Below are positions 49,461 to 62,589 of a stretch of DNA of 64,000 bases, piece by piece. Under the pieces are notes generated by a model that saw only the letters and a list, made by a program, of their open reading frames with translations, was not told the DNA's origin and ran no database searches. Within the stretch, counting starts at the first letter, position 1. Every line of letters begins with the position of its first letter. The stretch comes from Stegostoma tigrinum. Taxonomy: Eukaryota. Where the stretch lies: the NCBI RefSeq assembly GCF_030684315.1, contig NC_081359.1, positions 92,536,838 through 92,600,837 of the forward strand. The letters are read 5' to 3'. The position numbers and the translations under genes were made by a program.

Positions 49461-49669
49461 TAACATTGCCTAAGCTCAGACTCTAAAAGTGAATAGCATT
49501 GGTAGAAGGTTGCTTGAATGGTAGGGTCCAGAAAGTAGGGCAAAACGCATGTTTCTTGGATTGAGAAGATATACTGAATTAAAATCTATCTTGGTCTTCA
49601 TACAAATAAATATTTTGCATGTGAATTTAAAACAGTGACAGAAATCTATCACAACCAATAGAAACACAA

Positions 49670-52600
49670 AAATAGGAACAGGGATAGGCCATTCTGCCCT
49701 TCAAGCCTGCTCTAATTAATTTAATTAGTTTAATTTGGTGTCATGTTTGGCACAACATCCAACTTAGTAGCCTGTTCCTGGTTTCTACCCATATCCTTTG
49801 TTTCCTTTAGCCTTGAGTGATACATCCAACTCTTTGAAATCACACAATATTTTGGCCTTGACTGCTTTCTGTGGTAGTAAGTTCCACAGGTTCACCACTC
49901 TTTGGGAAAGAACTTTCTCCCTGTGTCAGTCCTAAATGATTTATCTTGGTTCCTAGACTGTGACCTCTTGGTATGGACTCCCTTATACTACTCATCCAGC
50001 ATTGTTGTATTCTACTCACAGCTCAACTCCTCACCAGCTTTGAGTCATCTGCAAATTTGGAGATTTTACATCAAGAACTTACTTCCTGCATCTGCCATGT
50101 CCAATCTGTTAGAATTTTATAGGTTTTAATAAGATCCCTCCTCATTCATCTGAACTGCAGGGAATATAATCCTAACCAATTCAATCTCTCCTCATACCTA
50201 AGTCCTGCCATCTCAGGAATCAGACTGGTAAATTTTTGCTGCATTCCCACCAGAGCAAAAACATCCTTTCTCAGATAAGTAGACCGCAACTACACACAAT
50301 ATTTCAGGTGTATAATTACAGCAAGACATCCCTGCTCCTGTACTCAAAACCTATTGCTATGAAGGATGACATACCATTTGCTTATTTTACCATCTGCTGC
50401 ACCTATATGATTCAGTCACTGATGAACAAGAACACCCAAGTCTCATGCACGTTCTCCTCTTTCAATTTATCACAATTTCAGTAGTAATCTGCCCTCTTGT
50501 TTTTGCTACTAAAGTAGATTACCTCAGATTTATACACCTTATGCTACATCTGCAATTTATTTGTCCACTCACTCAGCTTGTCCAATTCATACTGAAGCAT
50601 CTTCACACCCTCCTTGCAGGTCACCCACCTGCCTGCTTTGTGTCATCTGTGAATTTGGAGATATTACATTTAGTTTCCTTATCTAAATCATTTGTATATA
50701 TTATGAAATGCTGGGGTCCTAATACTGATCCTTGCAATACCCCACAAGTTGCTTTCTGCCATTTGGAAAAAAAACACTCATTTGTTCTAACTTCTTCAAG
50801 GTTTTATCATTCATAACCACATCACCTCAGGTGACGTCTCACCCACAGCCTCCAACCTCATCGCTTCCCAACTCTGCACTGCCCATTTCTATCTCCTTCC
50901 CAAAATCCACAAACCTGACTCCCCCAGCCGACCCATTGTCTCTGCCTGCTCCTGCTCCACTAAACTCATCTCCGCTTACCTTGACTCGGTTTTTCCCCCG
51001 GTCCAGGAATTCCCCACTTGTGTCTGGGACACCACCCCATGCCCTCCACCTCCTCCAAGACTTCTATTTCCCTGCCCCTAATACTTCATCTTCACTATGG
51101 ACATCCAATCCCTGCACACTTGTCTCCCCCACATGGATGGCCTAAAAGCCCTCCACTTCTTCGTCTCCTGCAGGCCCAACCAATCCCCCTCTATCAACAC
51201 CCTCATCTGCTTAACAGAACTTGTCCTTACCCTTAACAATTGCTCCTTTAACTCCTCCTACTTTCTACAGTCTAAGGGAGTGACCACCCACACCTGCATG
51301 GGCTCAAGCTATGCCTGCCTCTTCATAGAATACTTGGAACAGTCCCTTTCCTGCTATTATACTGGCACTATCCCTCATCTCTTCCTCCGCTACATTGATG
51401 ACTGTATCGGTGCTGCCTCATGCTCCCACGAGGAGCTTGAACAGTTCATCAAATTTACTAACACCTTTCACCCCAACCTCAAATTCACTTGGACCATCTC
51501 CAATACCTCCCTCTCCTTCCTGGACCTCTCCATCTCCAGTGACCACTTCGAAACTGACATCTATTTCAAACCCACTGACTCCCACAGCTACCTGGACTAC
51601 ACCTCCTCTCACCCACCCTCCTGCAAGAATGTGATCCTCTATTCCCAATTCCTCTGCCTCTGGTGTGTCTGCTCCCAAGATGGGATGTTCCACTCCCGCA
51701 CATCCCAGATGTCCTCCTATTTCAAGGACTGTAAGAACCCCCTTTGGTGATCGAAAATGCACTCAACTGTATCTCCTTCATTTCCTACACTTCTGCCCTC
51801 TCATTCCCTCCACCCAACAAAAATAAAGCCAGAATCCCCCTTGTCCTCACATATCACCCCACCAACCTCTACATCCAATGTAGCATCCTCTGCCACTCCC
51901 GCCATCTACAATCTGACTTCACAACCAAAGAGATAGTTTCTTCCCACCCCGACCTGCCTTTCGTAAGGACCACTCTCTCCACAACTGCCTCGTCTGCTCC
52001 ATGTTCCCCACTAGCCCCACCACACCCAGCATCTTTCCCTGCAGCCGCAGGACGTGCTACACCTGCCCTCTCACCTCCATTCAAGCACAAAACAAACCTT
52101 CCATATCAAACATGGGTTCACCTGCACATCCTTCAACTTGGTCTACTGTATCCACTGCTCCCGATGTGGCCTCCTCTACATCAGTGAGACCAAGCGTAGA
52201 TTCGTAGGCCGTTTCATAGAGCATCTGCGCTCTGTATGAGAAAACAACAACACCTTCCAGTCACCCCTGGGTGATGTCCATCCTGGGCCTCCTCCAGTGT
52301 CACAGTGACATCACCTGCAAACTGGAGGAGCAACACCTCATTCTGCCTCAGGAGCCTACGGCCAGATGGCCTAAACATGGAATTCACCAATTTTAACATC
52401 TCCCCACCCTTGACCTCATCCCGTGTCCAAGTCTCCCTCTCCTCCCCGCCTCCTTGACTTGACACAAACTGTCCATCTTCTCTCCCACCTACCTGCCCCT
52501 CCCTTCCCACTGATCAATCCCACCACTCCCTACCTGCACTCACCTATCACCATCCCAACTACGTTCCCCAGGCCCACCCCTCTTCTCTCTGTTTACTTCC

Positions 52601-53755
52601 AAGCTTCCTTCTCCCTCCCTATTTCTGAAGAAGGGTCCTGAATCAAAACATCAACTTTCCTGCTCCCCTGATGCTGCCTGGCCTGCTGTATTCCTCCTCA
52701 TTTATTCTAACTTTTTTTTCCTTGTCTGCCAATCACTTTTCTATCCATCTTATTACACGATACCCAATCCTGTACACTTTAACCGTACACCCTGATCTCT
52801 TATTTGGGACTTTGTTGAAAGCCTTCTGAAAGTGCACATAAACCAAATGCATTGGCTCTACCTCATCAACTCTACCAGTTATATCTCAAAGAATTCCAGT
52901 AAATTTATCAAACAGGATTTCCTTTTTCTAAATCCATGCTGACTGTGTCTGATCCTACCACTGTTTTCCAGTACTTTGCTATTAAATCTTTCATAATGGA
53001 CTCTAGCATTTTCTCTACTGCCAATATCAGGCTGATTGCTCTGTAACTCCCAGGTTCCTCTTTTTCAACCTCGGTAAATAGAGGGGTTATATCAGCTACC
53101 CTACAATCTGTAGGAACTATTCTAGAGTCTATGGAATCTTGAAAGATGGCCAAAAATGCATCCATTACTTCTAGGGCTACTTCCTTAGATACTTTGGGAT
53201 ATAGATTATCAGGCCCTGGGGATTTATCAGCCTTCAATTTCCCCATTAATATTAATTTCCTTTGGTTCCTTCGTGTTCTCCCAACATTTCTGGTGAGTTA
53301 TTGTGTCCTCCTTTGTGAACATAGAACCAAAATAGGCATTTAGTTGGTTAGCCTTTTCTTTATTCTCCATTTTAATTTTCTGTTTCAGATTGTAAGGCAT
53401 CTACATTTGTCTTCACCCATCTTTTTTCCTTCCCATGACTATAGAAATATTTACAATCAGTTTTTATGTGCTCTCAAGTTACTCTCATACTCTATTTTCC
53501 CTTTGTAGATCAATTGCTTTGTTTTCCTTTGTGGAATTCTGAATTTCTCCCACTGTTCAGCTAGGTTGTTTCTTCTATGCCAATTTGGATGCCAGTTCCT
53601 TGGATCTAATACTATCTGTAATTTCCCTTGTAAGCCATGGTTTGGCCATCTTTCCCATTTTACTTCTGCGCCAGGCAGGAATAAACAATGATCACAGTTC
53701 ACCTATGCGATCTTTGAATGTTTGCCACTGCCTTTCCACCATTACCACTTCAAGT
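49670..53755 (-). mobile_element. Degraded CR1 LINE, host of the PLE at 50794-52696
   Basis: Minus strand KSPGPDNLYPKVSKEVA..IFQDSID..ADITPLF..YRAISL motifs; CR1 tail near 49670. Confidence 0.85.
50794..52696 (+). mobile_element. Penelope-like element (Neptune-like), 5'-truncated: RT, Cys linker, GIY-YIG and pseudo-LTR
   Basis: MDIQSLHT, LFLRYIDD, FHPNLKFT, YFKPTDSHSYL; FPCSRRTCYTCP; NLVYCIHCSRCGLLYISETKRRFVGRFIEH; 17-bp TSD ctcattt(g/a)ttctaactt at 50777-50793 and 52697-52713. Confidence 0.92.
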
Positions 53756-53805
53756 GCACAACTTTTTTCTGATTTCTCTCCACAGATGCTGCCAGGCATG
53801 CTGAG

Positions 53806-54260
53806 CAGGGAATCGTTTTGGAGGAGGTGGAGGGGGTGGGTGACGTAGGTGGGGAGTTCCTGGACCAGTGGGGAGAAAATGGAGTCATGATAAGTAGAAA
53901 TAAGTTTGGTGGGGCAGGGGCAGGCAGAGACAATGGGTCAATCAGGGCGTCGGGTTTGTGGATTTTTGGGAAGGAGATAGAACTTCTCCACTGCCACAAT
54001 GATGCCACCCGAAGGTTGCATGAACAGCATCTCATATTTTGCTTGGGAACCCTGCAGCCCAATGGTCTCAATGTGGACTTCACAAGCTTCAAAATCTCCC
54101 CACCCCTGACCTCATTCCAGCACCAGCCCAGCTTATTCCCTGCCTCCTTGACCTGTCTGTCTTTTCTCCCACCTATCCGCTCCTCTCACCTCACTGACCA
54201 ACCCCCACCCCTACCTCCTACCTACCAGCCTCATCCCTGCCTCCTTGACCTGTCCATGAC
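53806..54260. mobile_element. PLE fragment with 5' inversion (minus-strand RT piece joined to plus-strand endonuclease/UTR piece)
   Basis: 53806-53975 is the reverse-complement homologue of 50890-51060; 53985-54260 reads LLHCHNDATRRLHEQHLIFCLGTLQPNGLNVDFTSF. Confidence 0.75.
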
Positions 54261-54691
54261 CTACACTTTGTTGTCTCAGACAGTCAACCCAGGTGCTTTT
54301 TTATTTTACAAAAAAAGCAACGATAATTTTATAGTCAAATTTAATAAAACTAGGTTTACATTCCATATTTATTAATTGAATTTAAGTTCATGGTCAAATT
54401 TGAACCCATTTTCTGAGAGCAATAACCTGGACCTCTGGATTACTAATTACATGACATTGCTTTCATGCTGTCACTGTCTCCTCATAATGAAATTAAAGTC
54501 TACACAACACTTTCAGTGCAGTGATTGCTCTTATATAGTCATCATTTGGCCACTTAAGGGCCTCAATATGAGGCCAAATTGGCCTCACCTATCCTACCAT
54601 AGCAATGTGGAAAAGTTGGGGACAAAAACAGAAATTGCTTGAAAAACTCAGCATGTCTGGCAGCATCTGTGGAGAGAAATTAGAGAAAAGT

Positions 54692-55034
54692 TGATCTCTT
54701 ATTTGGGACTTTGTTGAAAGCCTTCTGAAAGAGCAAATAAACCAAATGCATTGGCTCTACCTCATCAACTCTACCAGTTACTGGAATTCTTTGAGATATA
54801 AATTTGTCAAACAGGATTTCCTTTCTCTAAATCCATGCTGACTGTGTCAGATCCTACCACTGTTTTCCAGTACTTTGTTATTAAATCTTTCATAATGGAC
54901 TCTAGCATTTTCTCCACTGCCAATATCAGGCTGATTGCTCTGTAACTCCCAGGTTCCTCTTTTTCAACCTTGTTAAAAAGAGGCGTTACATCAGCTACCC
55001 TACAATCTGTAGGAACTATTCTAGAGTCAATGGA
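54692..55034. repeat. Local direct duplicate of 52793-53135 (CR1 segment)
   Basis: About 343 bp, about 13 substitutions by hand count, plus an 18-bp inversion. Confidence 0.9.
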
Positions 55035-55389
55035 GAGGAAGGTGGTGAGGCCAACCAAGGAATTTTACAGCTTGCTTACCTGCTTGCAGACCCAATGTTG
55101 GGGATCATAAAATTCTGCCTGTGCTGTTTTTTGACAGAATAGAGGGCTGGGAACAAATAGAATCACTGTCAAGGGAGCACCAACATGCCTTGAGTGGGAG
55201 CTCCAAGCACAAATCAAAATAGTGGAGCGATTTAAAGGCATAGAGATGGACACTAAGCAAACACGGAAGAGTTAATGACGGCAACCACTAGATTTTTTGA
55301 GCATATTTAATACAGAAAGATAAACAGCAAACAAATGTAGTTTTCAAAAGGAATTTCATGACAGTCTTTTAGATTTCTTCTAATTAGAT

Positions 55390-55725
55390 GGAAGCAATGG
55401 CCTAGTGGTAATATCACTAGACTATTAATCCAGAAGCTAGCTAATGTTCTGGGGACACAGGTTCAAAACCCATGACAGATTGCGGAATTTGAATTCAATA
55501 AAGACAAATCAAGAATCTTCTGATTTCCCAAAAACCTCTGCATGTTTTTGGGAAAAGTCCATCTGGTTCACTATTGTAAGGAAATCTGCCCTACCTGATC
55601 TCGTGTACATGTGACTCCACAGCCACAGAAATGTGGTTGACTCTCAACTGCCCTCTGGGCAATTAGGAATGGACAATGAATGCTGGTCCAGCCAGTGATA
55701 TCCATATCCTGTGAATCATTTAAAA
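55390..55725 (+). mobile_element. tRNA-derived SINE, near full length
   Basis: A-box TGGCCTAGTGG, B-box-like GGTTCAAAACCC, A-rich tail. Confidence 0.75.
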
Positions 55726-57469
55726 AAAAAGTTAACATGTTCAGAGATGTTATATCATACCTAGAGGTGGGAGATGAACCCGGGATTCCTATCTCTGCAC
55801 CACAAGAGCACTCAGTCTTCTGCTGGAATTGGAGCGAATACAAAGCCTGCAAGAAGAACACAGATAAGGGAAAGTGATTAGAGTCTCTCACTCCTGTAAT
55901 GATTGTTTAGTTTCCAATGAATTTGCAAACAAGTTCTTCAATCAGTGACATCATGAATGGAGGTGCTGATATCATCAGAGAGAAGATTCTACACAAAATG
56001 TCTGCTCCTAGGCTGCAGCTTACCAACTGTTTGAAAACACGCAGATAACAGAGGGCTAACATGGATCAGTAAGTATAGACAGCTGTTTTACACACACCTA
56101 GAAGCATAGAGGCAAAAAGCAGGAGTGTGAAAACAGATGGAGTTAGGTGAAGGACTGAGAAAAAGCACAATGGGCAAAATGGCCTCCTTCACGTACTACA
56201 CTTGAATGATCTATCACATATGATTTAGGATTCTGTGAAAATAAAGTAAACTGCCTTTAACTTTAATGATTAATGAACAGATATTTATATTCTTAATAAG
56301 CATAAAGAGAAACTAAATAACAAATTATGATCCAGAAGTCTTGCATTGGAAAAGATTATGTATAGTCTGGAGATAATGATCTTTCTACTTATTTGAGTTT
56401 AAAACATAAATGCGTATCACAAATTAAATATGGAGTAAAGGGTTAATAACATGAGTCAAAGGTATCATGATGTAATGATGATGTAAGAGCACATGACTAG
56501 GGAGAATTTGGTTCATGGAGGAGACATTTTAAGCTTGTGGACAACTGGTACACCAGTAAATAGAAAAGCTCAATGGAAAGGTTCTTGTTGAAATGATTGT
56601 GGATTGCAGTTGAATCGTTTGAAAGGCAAACAGGCATCTATCATACATTAAGAAGAAACATGGTAGCAGCACATAGGAGTTAGGAGCAGTGGCAAAGAAT
56701 CCAACAGCAACAAGTTTTGAATTAAAAACTACAGAGGTAGCAAATCTCAGATGTACTGGGATGGATCAATGTGGAAGAATGAAAAGTATTTAAACTCACC
56801 AGGGAGCAGCCAATGAGAACTGTGTAACAGAATCTGAATCCCAAAATGGAAAACAGCAGCAGAGCTTCAAGCAGGCATGATTCGAGGACTCCACAGGAAA
56901 ATGGAATCATCACCATCACTTCCAGAGCCATTCCCAAATGCTGGCAGTCCACTCAAGGCCCAGAAGTAGGATCAATGGAGGAAGTGTTTTGTTAATTATT
57001 GAACATTCTCAGGATTAAACAAAAAGGACCAGAAAGATCAGGTTAGTACCCCACTCTATGCAATTAGAGCCATCAATGATGATGCACTAAGCAGACAAGG
57101 GGTCGGTGAGACATCTCTTCTGACAAGAGAAAGAAGGAACAGTAGTGTAGGAACAGGCCCTTTGGCTCAATCAAGCCTGTGCTGTCATGTGCTGCTTTTC
57201 CAAACTAAAAAGCTTTTGCCTCTATACAGGCTATATCCCTCTATTCCATGCCTTTTCATGTATCTGTCAAGATGTCTCTTAAATGTTGCTTTTGTATTTG
57301 TTTCTACCATCTCTGCTGGAATTCCAGGAAATCTTTGGCATATTTTAATATAACTGAATAGCCTAAATTTAGCAAAACAGGAGAGATCAAGGGAGTTCAT
57401 TGATGTCTTATTCAATAATATTCACACGTTAGCTAGAAGTTGGGCACATGGTGAACTAAAGGATGAATT

Positions 57470-58935
57470 AAAAATGTAAATCCTGGGAATTTCAACAAGT
57501 GTTTCCCAGAACTTTGTGGGAAACTAGGGAAGTGATTGCTGGGTCCCTTGCTGAGATACTTGGATCATCAACAGTCATGGATTAGGGCTGGAAAACCTGA
57601 GGTTGGCTAATGTGTGCCATTATTTAAGAAGGGCTGTTAGGAAAAGCCAGGGAACTATTGACTGGTGAACCTTACGTCAGTGGTGGGTAAGTTGTTGGAA
57701 CGCAGTGTGAAGGACAGGATTTACATGCATTTGGAAAGACAAGGACTGATTAGAGATAGTAAACATGGCTGTGTGCATGACAAATTGTGTTTTACTAACT
57801 TGAATGATGTTTTGAAGAAGTGACAAAGAAAATTGCTGAAGGAAGAGCAATAGATGTTGTTTATATGGGCTTCAGCAAAGCATTCAATAAAGTTCCGCAT
57901 GGGAGACTGGTTAGTCAGGTTAGATTACATGGACTGCAAGGGAGCTAGTCAATTTGATATAAAATTGGCTTGAAGGTAGGAGACAGAAGGTGGTAGTGGA
58001 GGGTTGCTTTTCAGACTAGAGACCTATGACGAAGGGTGTGTCACAAGAATCAGTGCTGGATCTTCTGTATTTCATTGTTTATATAAATGATTTGACTGAA
58101 TATAGGAGGCACGGTTAGTAAATTTGCAGATGACACCAAAATAGGTGGTGTAGTAGACAGTGAAAAAGAGTATCTCAGAGTACAATGGGACCATGATCAG
58201 ATGGGCCAATGGACCGAGGAGTAGCAGATAGAATTTAATTTTGATAAATGTTAGGTGTTGGATTTTGGTAAGGCAACCAGTGCAGGGCTTATACAGTTAA
58301 TGGTAGGGCCCTGGGACTGTTGCTGAACAAAGGGACTTAGAGGTGTAGGTGTATAGTTACTTGAAAGTGCAGTCGCAGGATAGTGAAGAATGCATTTGGC
58401 ACACTTGCCTTCATTGGTCAGAATATTGAGTATAGGAGTTGGGATGTCATTTTGAGGCTGTACAGGACATTGGTGAGGCCACTTTTAGAATACGATGTGT
58501 AGGTTTTGATCACGTTTCTGTAGGAAAGATGTTGTGCAATGTGAAAGAGTGCAGAGAAGATTTACTAGGATGTTGCTGGGACTGGAGGGATTGAGCTATA
58601 GGGAGAAACTGAATAGCCTGGGCCTTTTTTCCCTGGAGCACTGGAGGCTGAGGGGTTACTTTATGGAGGTTTATAAAATCATGAGGGGCATGGGGTAGGG
58701 TGACTAGTCAAGGACTTCTTGCTTGGATGGGGAAGTACAAAACTAGAGGGCATAGGTTTAAGGTGAGAGGGAAAAGATTTAAAAGCATCCTAAGGGGCAA
58801 CTTTTTCCACACAGAGGGTGGTGTGTATATGGAATGAGTTGCCAGAGGAAGTGGTGGAAGCTGGTACGATTACAACATTTAAAAAGGCACCTGGATGGAT
58901 TTACAAATAGGAAGGGTTTAGGGGGATATGTGCTG
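57470..58935 (+). mobile_element. Degraded CR1 LINE ORF2 and 3' end
   Basis: FSKAFNKVPH, FADDTKIGG, LVRPLLEY, VQRRFTRML.GLEGLSY and EVYKIMRG motifs with stops. Confidence 0.92.
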
Positions 58936-59959
58936 TATACCCTGATGTTGAGGGGCATTCTGCTGAATGTAAACTAGGCACACCGTACTGGAGAATGTAT
59001 TAATATATTCTCTTAAAAGGGTCAAAACAGATGAGATTGTAAGTTTTTTTTAAATCAAACTGCAAGGCACAAGAGGAACACATTTAAAAGTAGAAGCTCA
59101 AATGTGGCAAGATTCAAATATATAAAGACAAAGGCACAATTTTCATATTTTACAAAATCAAGAATCATCACATTTGTCAGCAGGAAAACGTACTCAAGAT
59201 TGAAACCCTTCAGTTCGAAGTTGTTGAAGAAGAAAACAGTGCAGAATTTAGGGAAGAATTCCTGAATTATTTTCAGGAATGCGTACATTAAATAAAGTAT
59301 ACCGAGTATATATTACAGGCAAATGCAAAATCAATTTGTCTTTTTTTTACTGCAAGAAGGCCACTGCACCCAGTAATGGATAAAGTGGAGGTAAATGTTG
59401 AAAAAAATGCAACTGCGGCAATGTTACTGCTAATTTCCTTTCTGGCTGCAGTGGCCTTCACAATCTGTGTGCAGCAGTGGTGTCTGAACAATAAAGTCAA
59501 GGCAATGATTGGCATCCTGATCACCAGACACAAAATCTTGTGGGCAGCTATGCTGCTTAGACGGGATGTTGAACATGGGGTGATTTCACGGATCACGGTA
59601 CCCATTAACCCAAATGATGATACCAAAATCTCCGTGAAATTGATCTAATTGAACAAAGCAGTACAATGTAAAATCCATCCAATGTCTTGAGTTGATGATA
59701 GCTTAGCTAAATTGGCAAAAAGTATACTGTTAACAATATTAGATTCTTAGTGAATTTTGGTGCATACCTATGGTCAGGAATCAAAGTTGCCAATTATTTT
59801 GTAATGCCCATTGGACAGGATTGCTTCAACGGATTTCCTTTTGGAAGTCTCGGTTTCTAAAACACTATGGAATGTACAACTTAATCAATAATAAAGATTA
59901 GTTTTTTTAATTCATTCATGGGATGTGGGCTTCTGTGGCTGGGCTACAGTTTTTAAGGT

Positions 59960-60943
59960 CTTAGCGAAAATTGAGCTCAGGCTGTGGATGCAGTTGTTCG
60001 TTAGCTCACCAAGCCAGTTGTTCTGTGGTCTCAGACATTTTGTTACCCTTCTAAGTTACCATCAGTGCAAATTCTGGTCCTGAGCATACAGGAAGGTCAC
60101 ACGCACTGACCAAATCCTTAACTTTAATAGCTACCACCCCATCATACACAAACAGAGCTGCATCAAGACACTATATAAACGAGCTGCATCACACTGCAAC
60201 ACCGCAGACATCCAGAGAATGGAAGAGGAACGTCTACACAAAGTTTTCACCAACAATCGATACCTAGGATGTTTTATCCACAGATGCCTCCAAAACAAAC
60301 AACAGTCAGAGGACACGGTATAACAGAAGACACGAGCAACACTACCCTACATCAAAAATATATCAGAAATGGACTACCAGGCTCCTAAAATCACACAAGA
60401 TCATAATTGCACACAAACATACAGCTACACTGCACCAAACTTTATCATAGACTAAAGACTCCTTACCGACAGTAAACAAGACCAATGTGATATACAAAAT
60501 ACCAAGCAACGTGTGCAATAAACATTACTTAGGCAAACAGGGAGGAAACTGATGACCAGGATACATGAACACCGACTGATAACAAAAAGATACGACCAAT
60601 ATTCACTTGTCTCAATACACACAAACAATGAGGGCCATCAGTTCAACTGGAACAAAGTGACCATACTAGGACAAGCAAACACCAGACATGCAAGGGTATT
60701 TCTGGAACCTTGTTTCTCAACACAGGACTCCGTTAACAAACACAGAAACAAATCCCGTATACAAACCACTGTTAAAAAAAGAGAAGCAGAAGTGACAACA
60801 CCACCACACCGAGGATCATATAAATCTGGAAGGAACCAGAGCACCAACGCTTCAATTAGAGGTTGCATTGATGTTGTTGCCCGGAAGGGTAACAAAACAT
60901 CTGCACACCAGAGCACAACCAGCTTGGTGAGCTAACAAACAAC
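59960..60943 (+). mobile_element. Penelope/Poseidon-like element (family C), truncated, with an inverted pseudo-LTR at the 5' end
   Basis: TLPYIK, TNVIYKIP...KHYLG..GRKLMTRIHEH (GIY-YIG), HQFNW; 59992-60068 is the reverse complement of 60865-60943. Confidence 0.85.
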
Positions 60944-61489
60944 CAGGACATCGTTTTATTGGCTGCCCCTAATTGGCCCTTGAGAAGGCAAGGATGAGCC
61001 GCCTTCTTGAACCACTGCAGTGTTGAAAACATTGTAGAATACTGTCTCAAACTAAATAAGAACTGTGAATTTGCAAAGCCTTTGATTTAATTACTAGGTT
61101 ACATAGCATAAGCCACAGGAATAAATGTTGATCCTCAGAAGATGAACTGAGATTTTCTACAACCCAAGAACATAAAACAGCTGCGAGGATCCCTCAGGAT
61201 GGCTAACCACGTAGGGGAATTCATACACAATCTATCAGCAATTGATGAACTGTTTGGAGAGCTGTTAAGATGATACCAACAGTATTGCTGGAAGGTCAGA
61301 GAAATTATTTCACAAATGTTAAGAAATTGTTTTATTTTCTGAACTATTTGGACACTGCGATTCAAAGCTATCAACAATAATAGTTGCAGACTTGTAATCC
61401 AAAAGTCTTGCTACAGTGTCGCTACAAGTTCAAGAAGAATGAAAATGTAGGACAATAAATTATGCTTTAAGGTCTCTAACCAAAACTTA

Positions 61490-62490
61490 GAAAATAGGAG
61501 CAGGCGTATGATTCGACCCTCTGAGCTGCTCTGCTGGTCAGTATGGGAAGGACCATAGCTGATCATCCAACTCTGTTCCTACTTACTCCCCAGACCTTTT
61601 GATCCCTTTAACCAAAAGAACTGTATCAATTTCTTTCTTGAAAACATTCAATGATTTGGCCTCAAGCACTGTTTGTGGCAGAGAATTACATAGACTTGCC
61701 ACAATCAGGGTGAAGAACTTTCTCTCCTTCTCATTCCTGACTGGCCCATCACCATAAATAGAACACAGGGTAGACAGAGAGTAAACTTGACCAGGGAATG
61801 CTTTATTGTAGGTGTCTCAGCTTTATCATCAGTTTTAGACTGCCTCCCCTAACTCCTGCTTCCAGGTCACCTGACCCACTCTCTTTAAAATGCAACAGAC
61901 CCAACTATACAGACAATGCTATCCCAGTATCCTTAAACATAGAACATAGAACAATACAGCGCAGAACAGGCCCTTCGGCCCTCTGTGACACCTTGTTTTG
62001 GACTCCCAGGATATCAGGGATACCCTTCCTGCATTTACTCAGTTTAGTCCTGTTAGAATTTTAAAGGCTTCTGTGCAATCCCCCTCTCGTTATTCTTGAA
62101 CTCCATTGAATATAGGCCTAACAATCCGACTTCTCTTCATATATCAGCACTGCCATCCCAGGAATCAAACTGGTAAACCTTTGCTGCACTGTCTCCATAG
62201 TCAAAAATATCCTTCCTCAGATAATGAGATCAAAACTGCACACTCTCCAGGTGTGATCTCACCAATGCCCTGAACAATCGCACCAAGACATCTCTGCTGC
62301 TGTACTCAAATGAAGGCCATGTAGGCCAACATACTATTTGCCACCTTTAGTGCCTGCTGCATCTGCCTGCTTACTTTCAGTGATAGATGTACAAGGACTC
62401 CCAGGTCTCATTATACCTGCTTATTTCCCAATCTTGCAATTCAGATCATAATCTGCCCTTCTGTTTTTGCTGTCAAAATGGATAACAGAG
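61490..62490 (-). mobile_element. Degraded CR1 LINE fragments
   Basis: CR1 tail (gaaaataggagcagg) and ORF2 C-terminal remnants similar to 49670-50520; a second tail (aacatagaacatagaaca) near 61940. Confidence 0.7.
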
Positions 62491-62589
62491 AAATGATATA
62501 CCAAAATTAGAAAGAACCTTAGTGACTATGTGTGCATGTGAGAAGCTCAGGCTATGTTTTGGGGCTAAGTTTTAAGGTTGAAGTAGATC

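Noticed and set aside
51097-51750. 217-aa RT ORF as a domesticated gene or telomerase
   Set aside because: It is part of a frameshifted, TSD-flanked, 5'-truncated PLE with a degenerate RT motif (KGVTTHTCMGS in place of a G..MG motif).
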